Source: Candidatus Heimdallarchaeota archaeon (GTDB lineage: Archaea > Asgardarchaeota > Heimdallarchaeia > Heimdallarchaeales > Heimdallarchaeaceae). Taken from it: a DNA stretch of 64,000 bases. The position numbers were made by a program, and so were the translations under genes. Each line of letters opens with the position of its first letter. The first letter of the stretch is position 1. The notes below the pieces were generated by a model. That model was not told the origin of the DNA. It searched no databases and was given only the letters and a program-made list of their open reading frames with translations. The stretch lies in the NCBI GenBank assembly GCA_030603365.1, contig JAUVXV010000004.1:32001-96000 (forward strand). The letters run 5' to 3'. Of this stretch, positions 27,221 through 37,257 are shown piece by piece.

Positions 27221-27248
27221 AATTGTTTCTAACGTTTTTAAACTACTT

Positions 27249-27983
27249 TTAATGACTCTTCGTTTTCCTTTTTTTACGATAATTAATCCCATTAACTATT
27301 GAAATAATAATGCTAATAAACAGCAATATGGGAATTCCAATAATTGGTATTAAACATACATAAGAATAACAGATAATCTGGTTAGCAGATAATATGAATA
27401 ACACAACTAGAATAATATCAATAATGCCAAGAATTGTTTGATTAGTCGTATGTGAATCCTTGCTTCTTCTCTTCTCTGTGATTACATTCCTAATTTTCCA
27501 TCTCTCAGATATTTTCTTGAAACATTCAATTATTTCTCTCTTTTCAAATCCTATAAAATGATAAAAATCAAAATCTACATCCTTATCTAGTTGAGTGAGT
27601 ATTTTCCCTATTTCTCCTCCCCAAGAAACTATTTCACCTTCTCTGCTTTCAGGATGAATATTACTATATGCTACAATAACTTCTTGACCTTCAGATTCTT
27701 TTTCTTCATTTTTTTTCTTAAAATATGCTTCAACTACAGTAATTTCTGATACTAAACCTTTTTTATCTTCAGGTATCTTTTCAGAAATTTCTGCACTCCA
27801 TCCATCAATCTTATCTCCCCATCTTGGTTGTTGATATAGTTCTTCTTCGAAAGGTTCTAACTTTATGTTTAAGCATTTCTCAATGAGTTTGTTATTAATC
27901 TCACGAGACTTTATTATAAAAGGTAATATTTCATCATATTTTTCTCCTGTCACATAAAAGGTAAACATAGCTTTCTTTTGCAT
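27249..27983 (-). CDS. Hypothetical protein with two C-terminal TM helices
   Basis: 244-aa ORF, hydrophobic hairpin followed by a basic tail. Confidence 0.6.
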   Translation of the reverse strand: MQKKAMFTFYVTGEKYDEILPFIIKSREINNKLIEKCLNIKLEPFEEELYQQPRWGDKIDGWSAEISEKIPEDKKGLVSEITVVEAYFKKKNEEKESEGQEVIVAYSNIHPESREGEIVSWGGEIGKILTQLDKDVDFDFYHFIGFEKREIIECFKKISERWKIRNVITEKRRSKDSHTTNQTILGIIDIILVVLFILSANQIICYSYVCLIPIIGIPILLFISIIISIVNGINYRKKRKTKSH

Positions 27984-28106
27984 CTTCTAATACAAAGTAA
28001 TTAAAATTTAAAATATTACCTATTTCTGTTATGTATATTCTTTGGGTATTATGCTATTTTAAATGTGAATTTACGATAAAAATCACTCGGAAACCAAATC
28101 ATATCG

Positions 28107-28400
28107 GTGAATCTTATGGTCTATGATGTAATCAACAAGATTTGTAAAACTGCAAAGATGAATCATGAACCGTTTTATAATTCTGTAGAGATAAAGGGAG
28201 ATCTAATATTGCTATTCAGAGATAAATTGGTAAAAGAAACTGAAACAAAGAAATCTATGATGTATGAGAAATACATAGAATGGAAGGAAATAAAGAACAA
28301 TGAAATGATTGATGAAATTGATGGAGTAATAGCAAGGTTGAGAGATTATTACAAAGAGAAATTGATAATATTCTATAAAACCGCTGAAATCAGAGCATAG
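28107..28400 (+). CDS. Hypothetical protein
   Basis: 97-aa ORF, no recognised motif. Confidence 0.4.
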   Translation: MNLMVYDVINKICKTAKMNHEPFYNSVEIKGDLILLFRDKLVKETETKKSMMYEKYIEWKEIKNNEMIDEIDGVIARLRDYYKEKLIIFYKTAEIRA

Positions 28401-28480
28401 CCCCTTCTAATTCTAAACAACAGTCTATATTTCTTCCTCATTTTTACTCTACGTTTACGCTTTCGAAACATATATCAATC

Positions 28481-29395
28481 TTGTTTCTTCTTTTTCTTTG
28501 GGTACTCGAAATGCCATTAAAAGTTTTCATTGGAGGTTTACTCGAATATAATTCAGGAAAAACAACTTTTGCAAAAGATATGCTTGAAGTATTTGAACAA
28601 GATAAATCAATGAAAACAGTTCCGTTTAAGCCATTGAGCGGTAATAATCTATATTATCATTATGACCAAATAAAAGAGCATGTAGAGAAATATGGAAATT
28701 TTGTTTCTCTTGATATCGTTGATTTAATGGAATTTTCAAGTGTTGATATTCCCATGGTTTTGGCAAATCCAGTGCATAGAGTAAATACACAGGCCCTCCC
28801 TTATCCATTTTATAAAGAGGGTTCACTTAATACTTTCTTTTCGAAATATTCCTCAAGTGTTTCCTTGTTCCAGAGACTCACAAAACATGAGAAAGAATCA
28901 GAATTTACTTCTGTGTTCATTGTGAATGAACCGATTTACAATAATCCCAAATGCTGGAACGATGTCTCTCTTTCTGATCCAATCTTGAAACAAGCAAAAG
29001 ATTTGAAACATTATAAAAATGAGCACGAATATTATACGATGAACAGTAAATTCTATGCAGATGCAACAGAAAGTTCTTTTAACTATATTAAGAACCACGC
29101 CGAAGTTATAATAACTGAAAGCTTTAACAATTCAGCTCATCCCGCTTGGTGTATTAGAGAATCAGATGTGGTTATAATCGTTGGTCCAGGATCATTCTTC
29201 TTATTTGAACCAGATGCATATTTCCGTGCCATTGATAATTCCAGAGCAATTAATCGAAGCAAACCTACAACAACAGTTGAGATTCTTAAACTTGCAACTC
29301 CAGCTGCTGCATGCTCTTTATCTCTTAATTCTGATAAAAGAAAGGAAGAAATAAGAGAATTAGTAGAAAAACTCTCTAAAGAAATCAAGGAGTAG
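28481..29395 (+). CDS. Archaeal P-loop ATPase/GTPase (COG4028-like)
   Basis: GLLEYNSGKTT, FKPLSGNN, NPVH, ESFNN..P; probable start at MPLK. Confidence 0.7.
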   Translation: MFLLFLWVLEMPLKVFIGGLLEYNSGKTTFAKDMLEVFEQDKSMKTVPFKPLSGNNLYYHYDQIKEHVEKYGNFVSLDIVDLMEFSSVDIPMVLANPVHRVNTQALPYPFYKEGSLNTFFSKYSSSVSLFQRLTKHEKESEFTSVFIVNEPIYNNPKCWNDVSLSDPILKQAKDLKHYKNEHEYYTMNSKFYADATESSFNYIKNHAEVIITESFNNSAHPAWCIRESDVVIIVGPGSFFLFEPDAYFRAIDNSRAINRSKPTTTVEILKLATPAAACSLSLNSDKRKEEIRELVEKLSKEIKE

Positions 29396-29476
29396 ATTAT
29401 CTTTTACATTTCTTGCGTGATTTTTTTGTTGTGTTTTTAATATAGAGTATAATTCAATTATTGATTGGTGATTTAA

Positions 29477-29881
29477 TTGTCTATTTACAGTTCACAATAT
29501 GGATTGGAATCAATAAATGCTGAATTAATGGAATGTATAAATGAATTACGATTTAGATCCATAGGTATTGTGGATGTAGCAGTTGTGTCTCTTGAAGGTC
29601 TTCCTTTAGTATCTTTAGTTCTAGAAAGGATAGAAGAAACCAGATTTGCTGCAATGACTGCAGCAATGCTTTCACTTGGTGAGCGTGTATCTACAGAGTT
29701 GAATAAGGGTTTATTGAAGAAGATTTTTGTAGAAGGAGAACATGGATATATTGTTTCAATACAAGCAGGAGAAAATGCCGTTTTAACGGTCAGTGCTACA
29801 ACCGATACAAAATTAGGATTATTGTTTTTAGATATGCAACGAACTACTGAAAAAATAGCTAAAATCCTCTCTTATCATTAA
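29477..29881 (+). CDS. Roadblock/LC7 domain protein
   Basis: VVSLEGLP...RFAAMTAAMLSLGER...EL.KG...GEHG...KLGL. Confidence 0.92.
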   Translation: MSIYSSQYGLESINAELMECINELRFRSIGIVDVAVVSLEGLPLVSLVLERIEETRFAAMTAAMLSLGERVSTELNKGLLKKIFVEGEHGYIVSIQAGENAVLTVSATTDTKLGLLFLDMQRTTEKIAKILSYH

Positions 29882-29900
29882 ATCAAATAAGATGAACTGT

Positions 29901-30503
29901 TCATTTCATTGTGGTAAGTGCTATTTGTTCTACTTTTATAAGTTCACAAGCTAGAATTTTTGTAGTTTTCTCAATCGTATCTTTCCTCAAATATAACTCT
30001 ACAACACTTCTATAGATGTCTGGTTCTTTTATTTCCTTAGATTTGATCTCTTTAACACTTTCTGCTACATGTTTTGTACGTTCAACAAATCTATGAATCT
30101 CTTCTTTTCTATCCAACAAAAACAGAGCTAAAGGGATTTTCGCTTTACCATCAGTCAAATAACTTTTCTTGAATTCTTCCATAACATCGTCCCTAGGAAC
30201 AACTATCAAGTCTATATTTTTACTAAGCTCACTTAGTTTTGCCAAAATTGGTAGATTCAACACAGTATCTGAACACCAGTTTTCTGCAAACACAAGTATT
30301 CTGATTTTAGCATTAATCCTAGTAATTTGGTCTTTAAGATCTTTAGGGATTTTTACGCTTGAATAAACCTTATCTAAACGTTCTCTGTTTTTAGGAGTTC
30401 TTTCGATAAATTTCTGATAAGAACATCCTTTGTTAATGAAATAATCGAGAGACATAATAATAAAAAATATACAATACGATAAAAAAGAGTTATTGATTGA
30501 CAA
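29901..30503 (-). CDS. Thioredoxin-fold protein (monothiol WCSD)
   Basis: VFAENWCSDT...LP, RD, G.AKIP, ER pattern of the Thioredoxin_9-like family. Confidence 0.75.
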   Translation of the reverse strand: MSINNSFLSYCIFFIIMSLDYFINKGCSYQKFIERTPKNRERLDKVYSSVKIPKDLKDQITRINAKIRILVFAENWCSDTVLNLPILAKLSELSKNIDLIVVPRDDVMEEFKKSYLTDGKAKIPLALFLLDRKEEIHRFVERTKHVAESVKEIKSKEIKEPDIYRSVVELYLRKDTIEKTTKILACELIKVEQIALTTMK

Positions 30504-30551
30504 AATATTCCTTCATACGAAAAAGAGAAAAAGGACCAATTATAGATTATT

Positions 30552-32861
30552 ATGATAAACTTGGTAAAGGCAACTATGTATTCACTATCTGAAATTAGGA
30601 AAAAGATAGTGAAAACACAACAATTGTTGCAGAAATCACTAGAAGACGTAGGTAAAAAGAAAAGAGGTTCCTACTACACTCCTGATTTTATTGTTGAATA
30701 TATAGTGAAAAATTCTATATCACAAGTATTGGTTGATAAAATCAATTCTATTCAAACAAGAAAGAAATTCATAGATTTGAATGAATTAAAGAATAGTAAA
30801 GATCTCCAGATATTCAATCTCTTGTACAAACAAATTTTACCCAATATCTCAATCTGTGACATTGCAATGGGTTGGGGAGTATTTCTCTTACATGCTTTTG
30901 ATTTTCTATTTTCTCTATACTATTTTTCTCATTCTATTATCAAGCAAGACACTAGTAAAATCAACCAAGATGACTTAAAACAAGAAGTAAAATTCAAAAA
31001 CCATATTGTTAGTAGTATTATTTCGAATAATATCTATGGTACAGATTTATCCCCTTTGTCTGTCGATTTGGCTAAATTGAAGTTAATCGAAAAAGCATTG
31101 TTGTATCTAGAAAAAGAAGCTGCTGTTTTGCCTGATTTTAATTTGTATGTGGGAAACAGTTTAATTGGTCAAAATTTCGCTTCTGAAGGCATTAAAAACC
31201 TCTCTAATGCAGAATATGTACGGCATATAACTGATTTATTCTATTCTCATGATTCTAAATCTTTAGATGAATGGTTAAAGGAAGAATCATTGATTAATTG
31301 GGGAAGTTGTTTTAATCAGCTGAACAATAAAGGGGGATTTGACATCATTATTGGTAATCCTCCTTACATAAATGTGAAGAAATTAAACAAAATCGAGCGG
31401 AGTATCTATTCAAAATTATATCGGACATATAATCCAAATGGAGATATTTCTAACGTTTTCTGGGAACGAGGTTTGAACCTTTGCAAAGATGGTGGCAGCG
31501 TATCTTTTATCATTCCAAGATATTGGTTAGAGGGAAATGATAGTGATAAACTCCGCGAGTTTTTGTTGTCGAACTCTATAATCAAAGAGATAATTGATTT
31601 CCGAAGTAATAGGTCTCTTTTTCTTACAACAGAAAACAAGCTAGGTGTGGATACAGCTATAGTTTCTATTAGAAAGCATAAACACCAAGAGAATAAAATA
31701 AATGTACTCATATCTTTAGATAACACTACTATAAGATCAATAAACAAAAGCAGTTTTCAACAATTTGTTTTCAATCAGAGTTTATTATCCAAGAAAAGAT
31801 GGACATTTGAGAAAAGCCCCATAATTACCTTGATTGAAGAAAATGCGGACTATAATCTTGGAGACGATAAGAAACACAAAGAATTTACTGGGATCTGTAA
31901 CATAGGTAAAGGTTGCTCAACAGGAAATAACAGAATATTCAAACTTACACAAATATCAAGTAAAGTGTTTGAAGGTCATAATAAAATCAAAGTTGAGCTA
32001 GAGAAACATGAGAGAGATACTTTGAGATTACTAATTAAGAACAGCGACATTTCTAAGTACAATTGGTCAGTTAGAAATGATTTTTGGATATATTTGAAGG
32101 AGAAAAACATCGATAATTATCCTAATATCAAAAACTATCTCTCAAATTTTATACCTGAATTAGAAACAGCTCAAGAGAAATATGGATTGAAGAACCATTA
32201 TGATTATGTTGCTTATCGTTCTTTGGATTTAATAGATAGTCTTCCAAAAATAATCTGCCCTTATCAAGCCAAAGAGAATAGATTCGCCATTTTAGAAGAA
32301 AAAAACATATCAACCATTAATGAAACTGATGTAATTACTTTAGTGATTAAAGAAAAATACAAGAGTAAAATAGATTGGATGTACATACTATCGGTGCTAA
32401 ACTCTGAATTAATTCACTATTACAGCATGATAAGAAATAAGAAAATATATAACCTGTATGATTTTCGTTCAAACCAGATAGCTAATTTTCCCATTATGAA
32501 ATGTAATAAAGAATTTAGTCTTAAGAGCTTAGCACACCTCTTAATGCAACTTCAAAGGCAGAAACACAAAATAGCCCCAAGCTCCTTAATTCAAAACTCG
32601 GAATCTTTATTCTATATTATCAATTCATTAGTCTACGAGATTTACTTTGAAGAGTTATTATCAACTGAACTTAACGAATCAATAGAAAGACATCTCACAA
32701 ATTCACAATCTAGTGATGGTAATAATTTAGTAATCGAACAGATATCTACTAAGCTAGAAGAGATTTTTAGCGACAATTTAGTAAAAAAGGATTTGAAGAA
32801 AATTGATAGTCTTTTACAAGTTCAAGATATACAAGAGTTCATCAAACTATATTCAAGATAG
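30552..32861 (+). CDS. N6-adenine DNA methyltransferase (Eco57I/TaqI-like, with target-recognition C-terminus)
   Basis: GSYYTP, motif I variant DIAMGWGVFL, IYGTD, GNSL, FDIIIGNPPY, C-terminal YILSVLNS. Confidence 0.88.
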   Translation: MINLVKATMYSLSEIRKKIVKTQQLLQKSLEDVGKKKRGSYYTPDFIVEYIVKNSISQVLVDKINSIQTRKKFIDLNELKNSKDLQIFNLLYKQILPNISICDIAMGWGVFLLHAFDFLFSLYYFSHSIIKQDTSKINQDDLKQEVKFKNHIVSSIISNNIYGTDLSPLSVDLAKLKLIEKALLYLEKEAAVLPDFNLYVGNSLIGQNFASEGIKNLSNAEYVRHITDLFYSHDSKSLDEWLKEESLINWGSCFNQLNNKGGFDIIIGNPPYINVKKLNKIERSIYSKLYRTYNPNGDISNVFWERGLNLCKDGGSVSFIIPRYWLEGNDSDKLREFLLSNSIIKEIIDFRSNRSLFLTTENKLGVDTAIVSIRKHKHQENKINVLISLDNTTIRSINKSSFQQFVFNQSLLSKKRWTFEKSPIITLIEENADYNLGDDKKHKEFTGICNIGKGCSTGNNRIFKLTQISSKVFEGHNKIKVELEKHERDTLRLLIKNSDISKYNWSVRNDFWIYLKEKNIDNYPNIKNYLSNFIPELETAQEKYGLKNHYDYVAYRSLDLIDSLPKIICPYQAKENRFAILEEKNISTINETDVITLVIKEKYKSKIDWMYILSVLNSELIHYYSMIRNKKIYNLYDFRSNQIANFPIMKCNKEFSLKSLAHLLMQLQRQKHKIAPSSLIQNSESLFYIINSLVYEIYFEELLSTELNESIERHLTNSQSSDGNNLVIEQISTKLEEIFSDNLVKKDLKKIDSLLQVQDIQEFIKLYSR

Positions 32862-33743
32862 ATTATTTTCTTTTAACCAGTTAATAGGAGTCGATATTAC
32901 TACATTATGTTCTTCTAATTCTCTTATTAGTTCAGTAAACGCGTTAATATTCTCTTGAATTTTGGTTTCGGTTACATAGTCATTTTGAGAGATGTTATAT
33001 GCAAAATGCCAAGAATGAAGATTTATTGAGATGTAAGAGTTACTGTCTTCTGAATTTTTACAGATTTGAATATAACTTTGAATTACTTCCTCCTTAGATC
33101 TTTTTCCCTCAAATAAAGGCCACAAATAAGTATACATTCCTTTCATACTACTTTCTTTTGGTGTTTTAATAACGGGAAATTCTATAATTCCATTGTCAAT
33201 TCTATATGGAATTATTCCTTTATCGGATTGCTTGTATAATGAGCTATCATGGGAAAAATCTAGTTCTGAAAGGATTCCAATCGTGTTTGGTGATAATTTC
33301 ATATATGGAGCTCGAAATCCATAAACTCTTGTAGACAAAAGACTTTCAACTTCTTTTTTTGCTCTTTGTAAAAGCTCAAACTCTTCACGTTCAGAAAATT
33401 GTATTCCTGTTTGTTCTCCCGTTAGATCTTCATGATCATATCCATGAACACCATGTTCGAAAAAAGGTTTATTGAGATTTTTAAACAGGTTTTGTTGTAA
33501 TTTATTGAACATTTTTAGGCTTCTAGCCTCATAATAGAAAGTTGTTGGAACTTTGTAATCACTTAAAAAAGCGATTAGGGGATTGAAAGATTCTATTGTA
33601 CCTTTCAGTGATGCTGATAATTCTGGATTCTTTGTAATTTCATCAGACTCATTTTTTACAATATCACTAATAGCGTGTTTGAAATTTTGAATAGGTATTG
33701 CATAATCCCTGTCAAAATCAATGCAGATGAATATATAGACCAT
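32853..33743 (-). CDS. Polysaccharide deacetylase family protein
   Basis: IDFD, TTFY, HGYDHE, GFRAP, DSS, LHSW. Confidence 0.85.
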   Translation of the reverse strand: MVYIFICIDFDRDYAIPIQNFKHAISDIVKNESDEITKNPELSASLKGTIESFNPLIAFLSDYKVPTTFYYEARSLKMFNKLQQNLFKNLNKPFFEHGVHGYDHEDLTGEQTGIQFSEREEFELLQRAKKEVESLLSTRVYGFRAPYMKLSPNTIGILSELDFSHDSSLYKQSDKGIIPYRIDNGIIEFPVIKTPKESSMKGMYTYLWPLFEGKRSKEEVIQSYIQICKNSEDSNSYISINLHSWHFAYNISQNDYVTETKIQENINAFTELIRELEEHNVVISTPINWLKENNLS

Positions 33744-33773
33744 TTAATCAACCACAATCTTATGAATTTAGTT

Positions 33774-34016
33774 TTATAAAGCTAAAATTATTGTTTTACC
33801 CCTTATCTCTATGACTTTGCTGTTAGTTAAATCAGAAATATTTTTACCAATATCTTTTGCTACAGAAGTAGGAATTACTTTCAAACATTTTATTTTAACT
33901 ACCTTATCTTTCTTTAGGACATTCTGAACTTCTCGAATTATTCCTTCAGTTATACCATTTTTACCTATTCGTATCTTTGGAGGTTCATGACGAATTCTAT
34001 TAATAATGTCCTTCAT
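33774..34016 (-). CDS. YhbY/CRM RNA-binding protein
   Basis: IRIGKNGITE...VKIK...IRGKTIIL. Confidence 0.88.
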   Translation of the reverse strand: MKDIINRIRHEPPKIRIGKNGITEGIIREVQNVLKKDKVVKIKCLKVIPTSVAKDIGKNISDLTNSKVIEIRGKTIILAL

Positions 34017-34436
34017 TTATACTCCTCCTTTACGTTTGTAATAAGGTATTCTAGAATATCTGTTGCAGTTGTAACATAGTATTGCGATAACTTTATTTGA
34101 AGAAGAGAGTCTAACACGACAATTTTTCCCGGGATAAAGAAAGTCTTTACAATGCTTACAAAACCTTTTTTTCCATTCAGAAGGAAACTTTACTCTTGTT
34201 CTCATCTGTATTTTTCGGGCTTGTTTTGCTAACTTTTGGGCTAACTCATTGTCAGTCTTTATTACCTCATTAGCTTGCTCCATTAGTGAGACAATTTGCT
34301 CTCTAATATCCTCATGAGATAATATCTGCTTTTTCTTTCGTCGAGGTTTTCGTCTCTTCATTTGAAATTGAGCAGGTTTTTTGTTTGACATTAAGCCTCT
34401 TCCTTGTCTGAAGATATTGAAAAGCCTTATCAACAT
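34017..34436 (-). CDS. rnp4: RNase P protein component Rpp21
   Basis: ARKI.MR...KRFCKHC..FL.PG.N.RVR...C..C...R.PY. Confidence 0.92.
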   Translation of the reverse strand: MLIRLFNIFRQGRGLMSNKKPAQFQMKRRKPRRKKKQILSHEDIREQIVSLMEQANEVIKTDNELAQKLAKQARKIQMRTRVKFPSEWKKRFCKHCKDFLYPGKNCRVRLSSSNKVIAILCYNCNRYSRIPYYKRKGGV

Positions 34437-34499
34437 TTCTTTATGTTTTCTTTTCTGATTTAATCCTGTTTTAATAGATTAGAAAACGATATAGGGATG

Positions 34500-35636
34500 T
34501 TAAGGGGGAGGTGTTGGTATGTTTTTGACGAGTTTGCTTATTTCTTCTGTAGAAACCTCTTTTCCAAATGGTACAAGTGTTTTAGTTGATCTAGATTCGA
34601 TATTGATATTCTTGATTTTTATTTTGTAAGAGGATTCTTTTGACTGTTTTCTTCTAAATAGAGAAAAGAATAGATTTAAACTGTATTGATTGAACTTCTT
34701 CCACGTTGGAAATCTAAGAACTTTTACGATTTGCGATAACTGAGGAATTTTTTTCTTTGGTGTGGAAATCTTATGATCATTATCTTTGTGAGAATGTAGA
34801 GCTTCTTTTCGTTTTTGGCGCTTAGAAACTGTTTGAATATTTGGTATAAATCTCTCTATTTTAAAGTAAGCATCCCAATCAGTTGTACATTGTTGTTTAT
34901 TTGGAATACCTAGAAGGAATAGAATCTTATTACGTTTAATTTCATTTAAAGAATGAAAACGAATTGTAAAAGAAATCCTCTCTTTGTAAAGCAGAGATAA
35001 TTTTTGTAGCTGACTCAGGAACTCTATACTTTTCTCAAAAGAAGAGCTACTAAAGGAAATAAGAATACTTCTTAGGGACTCCTGCTTTTCTTTATTATGT
35101 TTTTTAATTGCTCTGGAACTTAGATTAAGACTGCAATTCTCAAAAGTTAACAAATCTTGAAAATACTGGGTTATATCACTATTTCCCGCTTTAGGGAAAA
35201 CTAAAGATGAAAAAACCCAATATTTATTCTCCATTTTAACAATTCTTGATTCTGATGTCTTTTTCAAAGGAGAGAAATATGCTTCCATTAACCCCTCTGC
35301 AAGACTCATATGATTTGTTGTAGAAACTATCAAATATGGATTAACTGGTTCTAATACTTGCATCTTATCAAGGAGAGTAGATACTTTGTTTATTACTTCT
35401 CCAACATTCTCAGCTGCAATTACTAGAAGTAGTTTAAGTGATGATTCGGACATTTGAATAACATAAGAGTAACCAAAAGAATCAAAAAAGTTAAAGATTC
35501 TTCGAGATTGTTGTGATAGAACGCCATCTTCAATTTTAGCAATAGAGAAACAAATGATGGATATAGCTTGATTTTCTGATTCTAATATAACAAAATCATC
35601 AGTGTTATGAATTTGAAACTTCGACATAATATCCAT
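34500..35636 (-). CDS. Hypothetical protein downstream of ftsZ
   Basis: 378-aa ORF co-oriented with ftsZ; basic low-complexity C-terminus. Confidence 0.65.
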   Translation of the reverse strand: MDIMSKFQIHNTDDFVILESENQAISIICFSIAKIEDGVLSQQSRRIFNFFDSFGYSYVIQMSESSLKLLLVIAAENVGEVINKVSTLLDKMQVLEPVNPYLIVSTTNHMSLAEGLMEAYFSPLKKTSESRIVKMENKYWVFSSLVFPKAGNSDITQYFQDLLTFENCSLNLSSRAIKKHNKEKQESLRSILISFSSSSFEKSIEFLSQLQKLSLLYKERISFTIRFHSLNEIKRNKILFLLGIPNKQQCTTDWDAYFKIERFIPNIQTVSKRQKRKEALHSHKDNDHKISTPKKKIPQLSQIVKVLRFPTWKKFNQYSLNLFFSLFRRKQSKESSYKIKIKNINIESRSTKTLVPFGKEVSTEEISKLVKNIPTPPP

Positions 35637-35687
35637 TATTATATAGAGATTATAGCATAAAAACCCAAAAATAAATGGGGGATAGAC

Positions 35688-36851
35688 TTAGTCTCTCCAC
35701 AATGCTTCAATTGATATTTCTTCAGGTTTACTTAGATAAGGAGACTTTACTTCTGCAATAACAATTGTAACTGCTAGCTCGTCATCTGGCATCATATCAT
35801 CTATGTTACATCCCCAAACAAATTCTGCTTTAGGGTGGATTTGATCAGTAATCATGGTTGTAATTGTGTCAACTTCAGTCATAGATATGTTCTTGTTGGC
35901 TTTTATATTGACTAGGGCTCCAGTTGATGAACCTATATCTACATCCAGCAAGGGATTTGATAATGCATTTGTTATAGCCTGAATAGCTCTATTCTCTCCT
36001 TTTCCTCTTCCAACTCCAATTACAGCTGGACCACTTCGACGTAAAATCTTCTTTGTGTCTGCAAAGTCTACATTGACTCTGGCAGGTAATACAATTAACT
36101 CTGTAAGACCCACGACAGCATTTATTAAGACATCATCAGCTAACTTGAAAGCATCCCAAAGAGTAAAATCAGGTGCATACATTAACAACTTCTCGTTGGG
36201 TACAACAATAATTGTGTTAGAATATTCATTAAGTTCTTGTAACCCTTCTAAAGCTGTTTCCATTTTGGTTTGTCCTTCGGATGCGAACGGTAATGTACAT
36301 ACACTTACAACTAAACAACCTTCATCTTGAGCTATTTTAGCGATATGAGGTGCAGCACCGGTTCCAGTACCTTTCCCTAATCCACAAGCAACAAAGACTA
36401 AATCGTTTCCTCTAACAAGTTCACGAAGATCCTCTTCATTTTCTTCAGAAGCCGCACGACCAATATTGGGGTCGTTTCCTGCTCCTGTACCGTTGGTTAA
36501 TTCTCTACCAAGAAGCACTTTTCGCTCTGCTTGAGTACTCAGAAGATGTCTTGCATCAGTATTAACAGCAACTGTGGTTGCTCCAATGATACCTCCCAGT
36601 GTCATGATGTTATTAGTTGCATTGGATCCTGCCCCACCAACTCCAACAGCTAATATTCTATTGGATTGAAGAACTTGCTGTATGTAAGAATCTACAGAAC
36701 GACTGGAAAAACGATCGGAAGAACCACTTTTACTGCTTAATAATTTTTCCAGTTCCTTATTGGCATCCTCACTATCAAAAGTGTTGTTTTTGTCATCTGG
36801 AACTAGATTTTCTTCTTCCTCATCTATATTAAGTATATAATGTTCATCCAT
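35688..36851 (-). CDS. ftsZ: Cell division protein FtsZ
   Basis: GVGGAGSN, NTD, GAG..P..G, G-rich GLGKGTGTG, PF..EG, NVDFAD, NPLLD. Confidence 0.96.
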   Translation of the reverse strand: MDEHYILNIDEEEENLVPDDKNNTFDSEDANKELEKLLSSKSGSSDRFSSRSVDSYIQQVLQSNRILAVGVGGAGSNATNNIMTLGGIIGATTVAVNTDARHLLSTQAERKVLLGRELTNGTGAGNDPNIGRAASEENEEDLRELVRGNDLVFVACGLGKGTGTGAAPHIAKIAQDEGCLVVSVCTLPFASEGQTKMETALEGLQELNEYSNTIIVVPNEKLLMYAPDFTLWDAFKLADDVLINAVVGLTELIVLPARVNVDFADTKKILRRSGPAVIGVGRGKGENRAIQAITNALSNPLLDVDIGSSTGALVNIKANKNISMTEVDTITTMITDQIHPKAEFVWGCNIDDMMPDDELAVTIVIAEVKSPYLSKPEEISIEALWRD

Positions 36852-36957
36852 ATGTACTCAGTCACATTTTAGATAATACACATAACAACGCAAATATGAC
36901 CGAGAAGACTCCTCCGTATTACATTTGTGTATTTTATAATATTTTTAATAAAAGAAA

Positions 36958-37032
36958 TGGTGCACGCGCCGGGATTCGAACCCGGGTTCCAGCCGTGGCA
37001 GGGCTGAGTCCTACCAACTAGACTACGCGTGC
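36958..37032 (-). tRNA. tRNA-Gly(GCC), encoded CCA
   Basis: GCACGCG/CGCGTGC acceptor stem, CAGCC-CTGCCAC-GGCTG, CCGGG-TTCGAAT-CCCGG. Confidence 0.95.
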
Positions 37033-37047
37033 TCAGTGTTTTGTATC

Positions 37048-37121
37048 TGGTACGCCAACCGGGATTTGAACCCGGGTTTCCAGCTTGGAAGGCTGAAGTC
37101 CTACCGCTAGACTATTGGCGT
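37048..37121 (-). tRNA. tRNA-Gly(TCC), encoded CCA
   Basis: ACGCCAA/TTGGCGT acceptor stem, TCAGC-CTTCCAA-GCTGG, CCGGG-TTCAAAT-CCCGG. Confidence 0.93.
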
Positions 37122-37257
37122 ATTTTCGATTATATTTTGTGTTTTAACCTTTGTTTTTAATCTTTTTGTTCGATTTGTTGTTTCATACTGTTTGGTAAAT
37201 CATAAAAATAGAAATATACATTAGAGAAATTCGTTAAATGTTAATGAGGTTTAGAAT

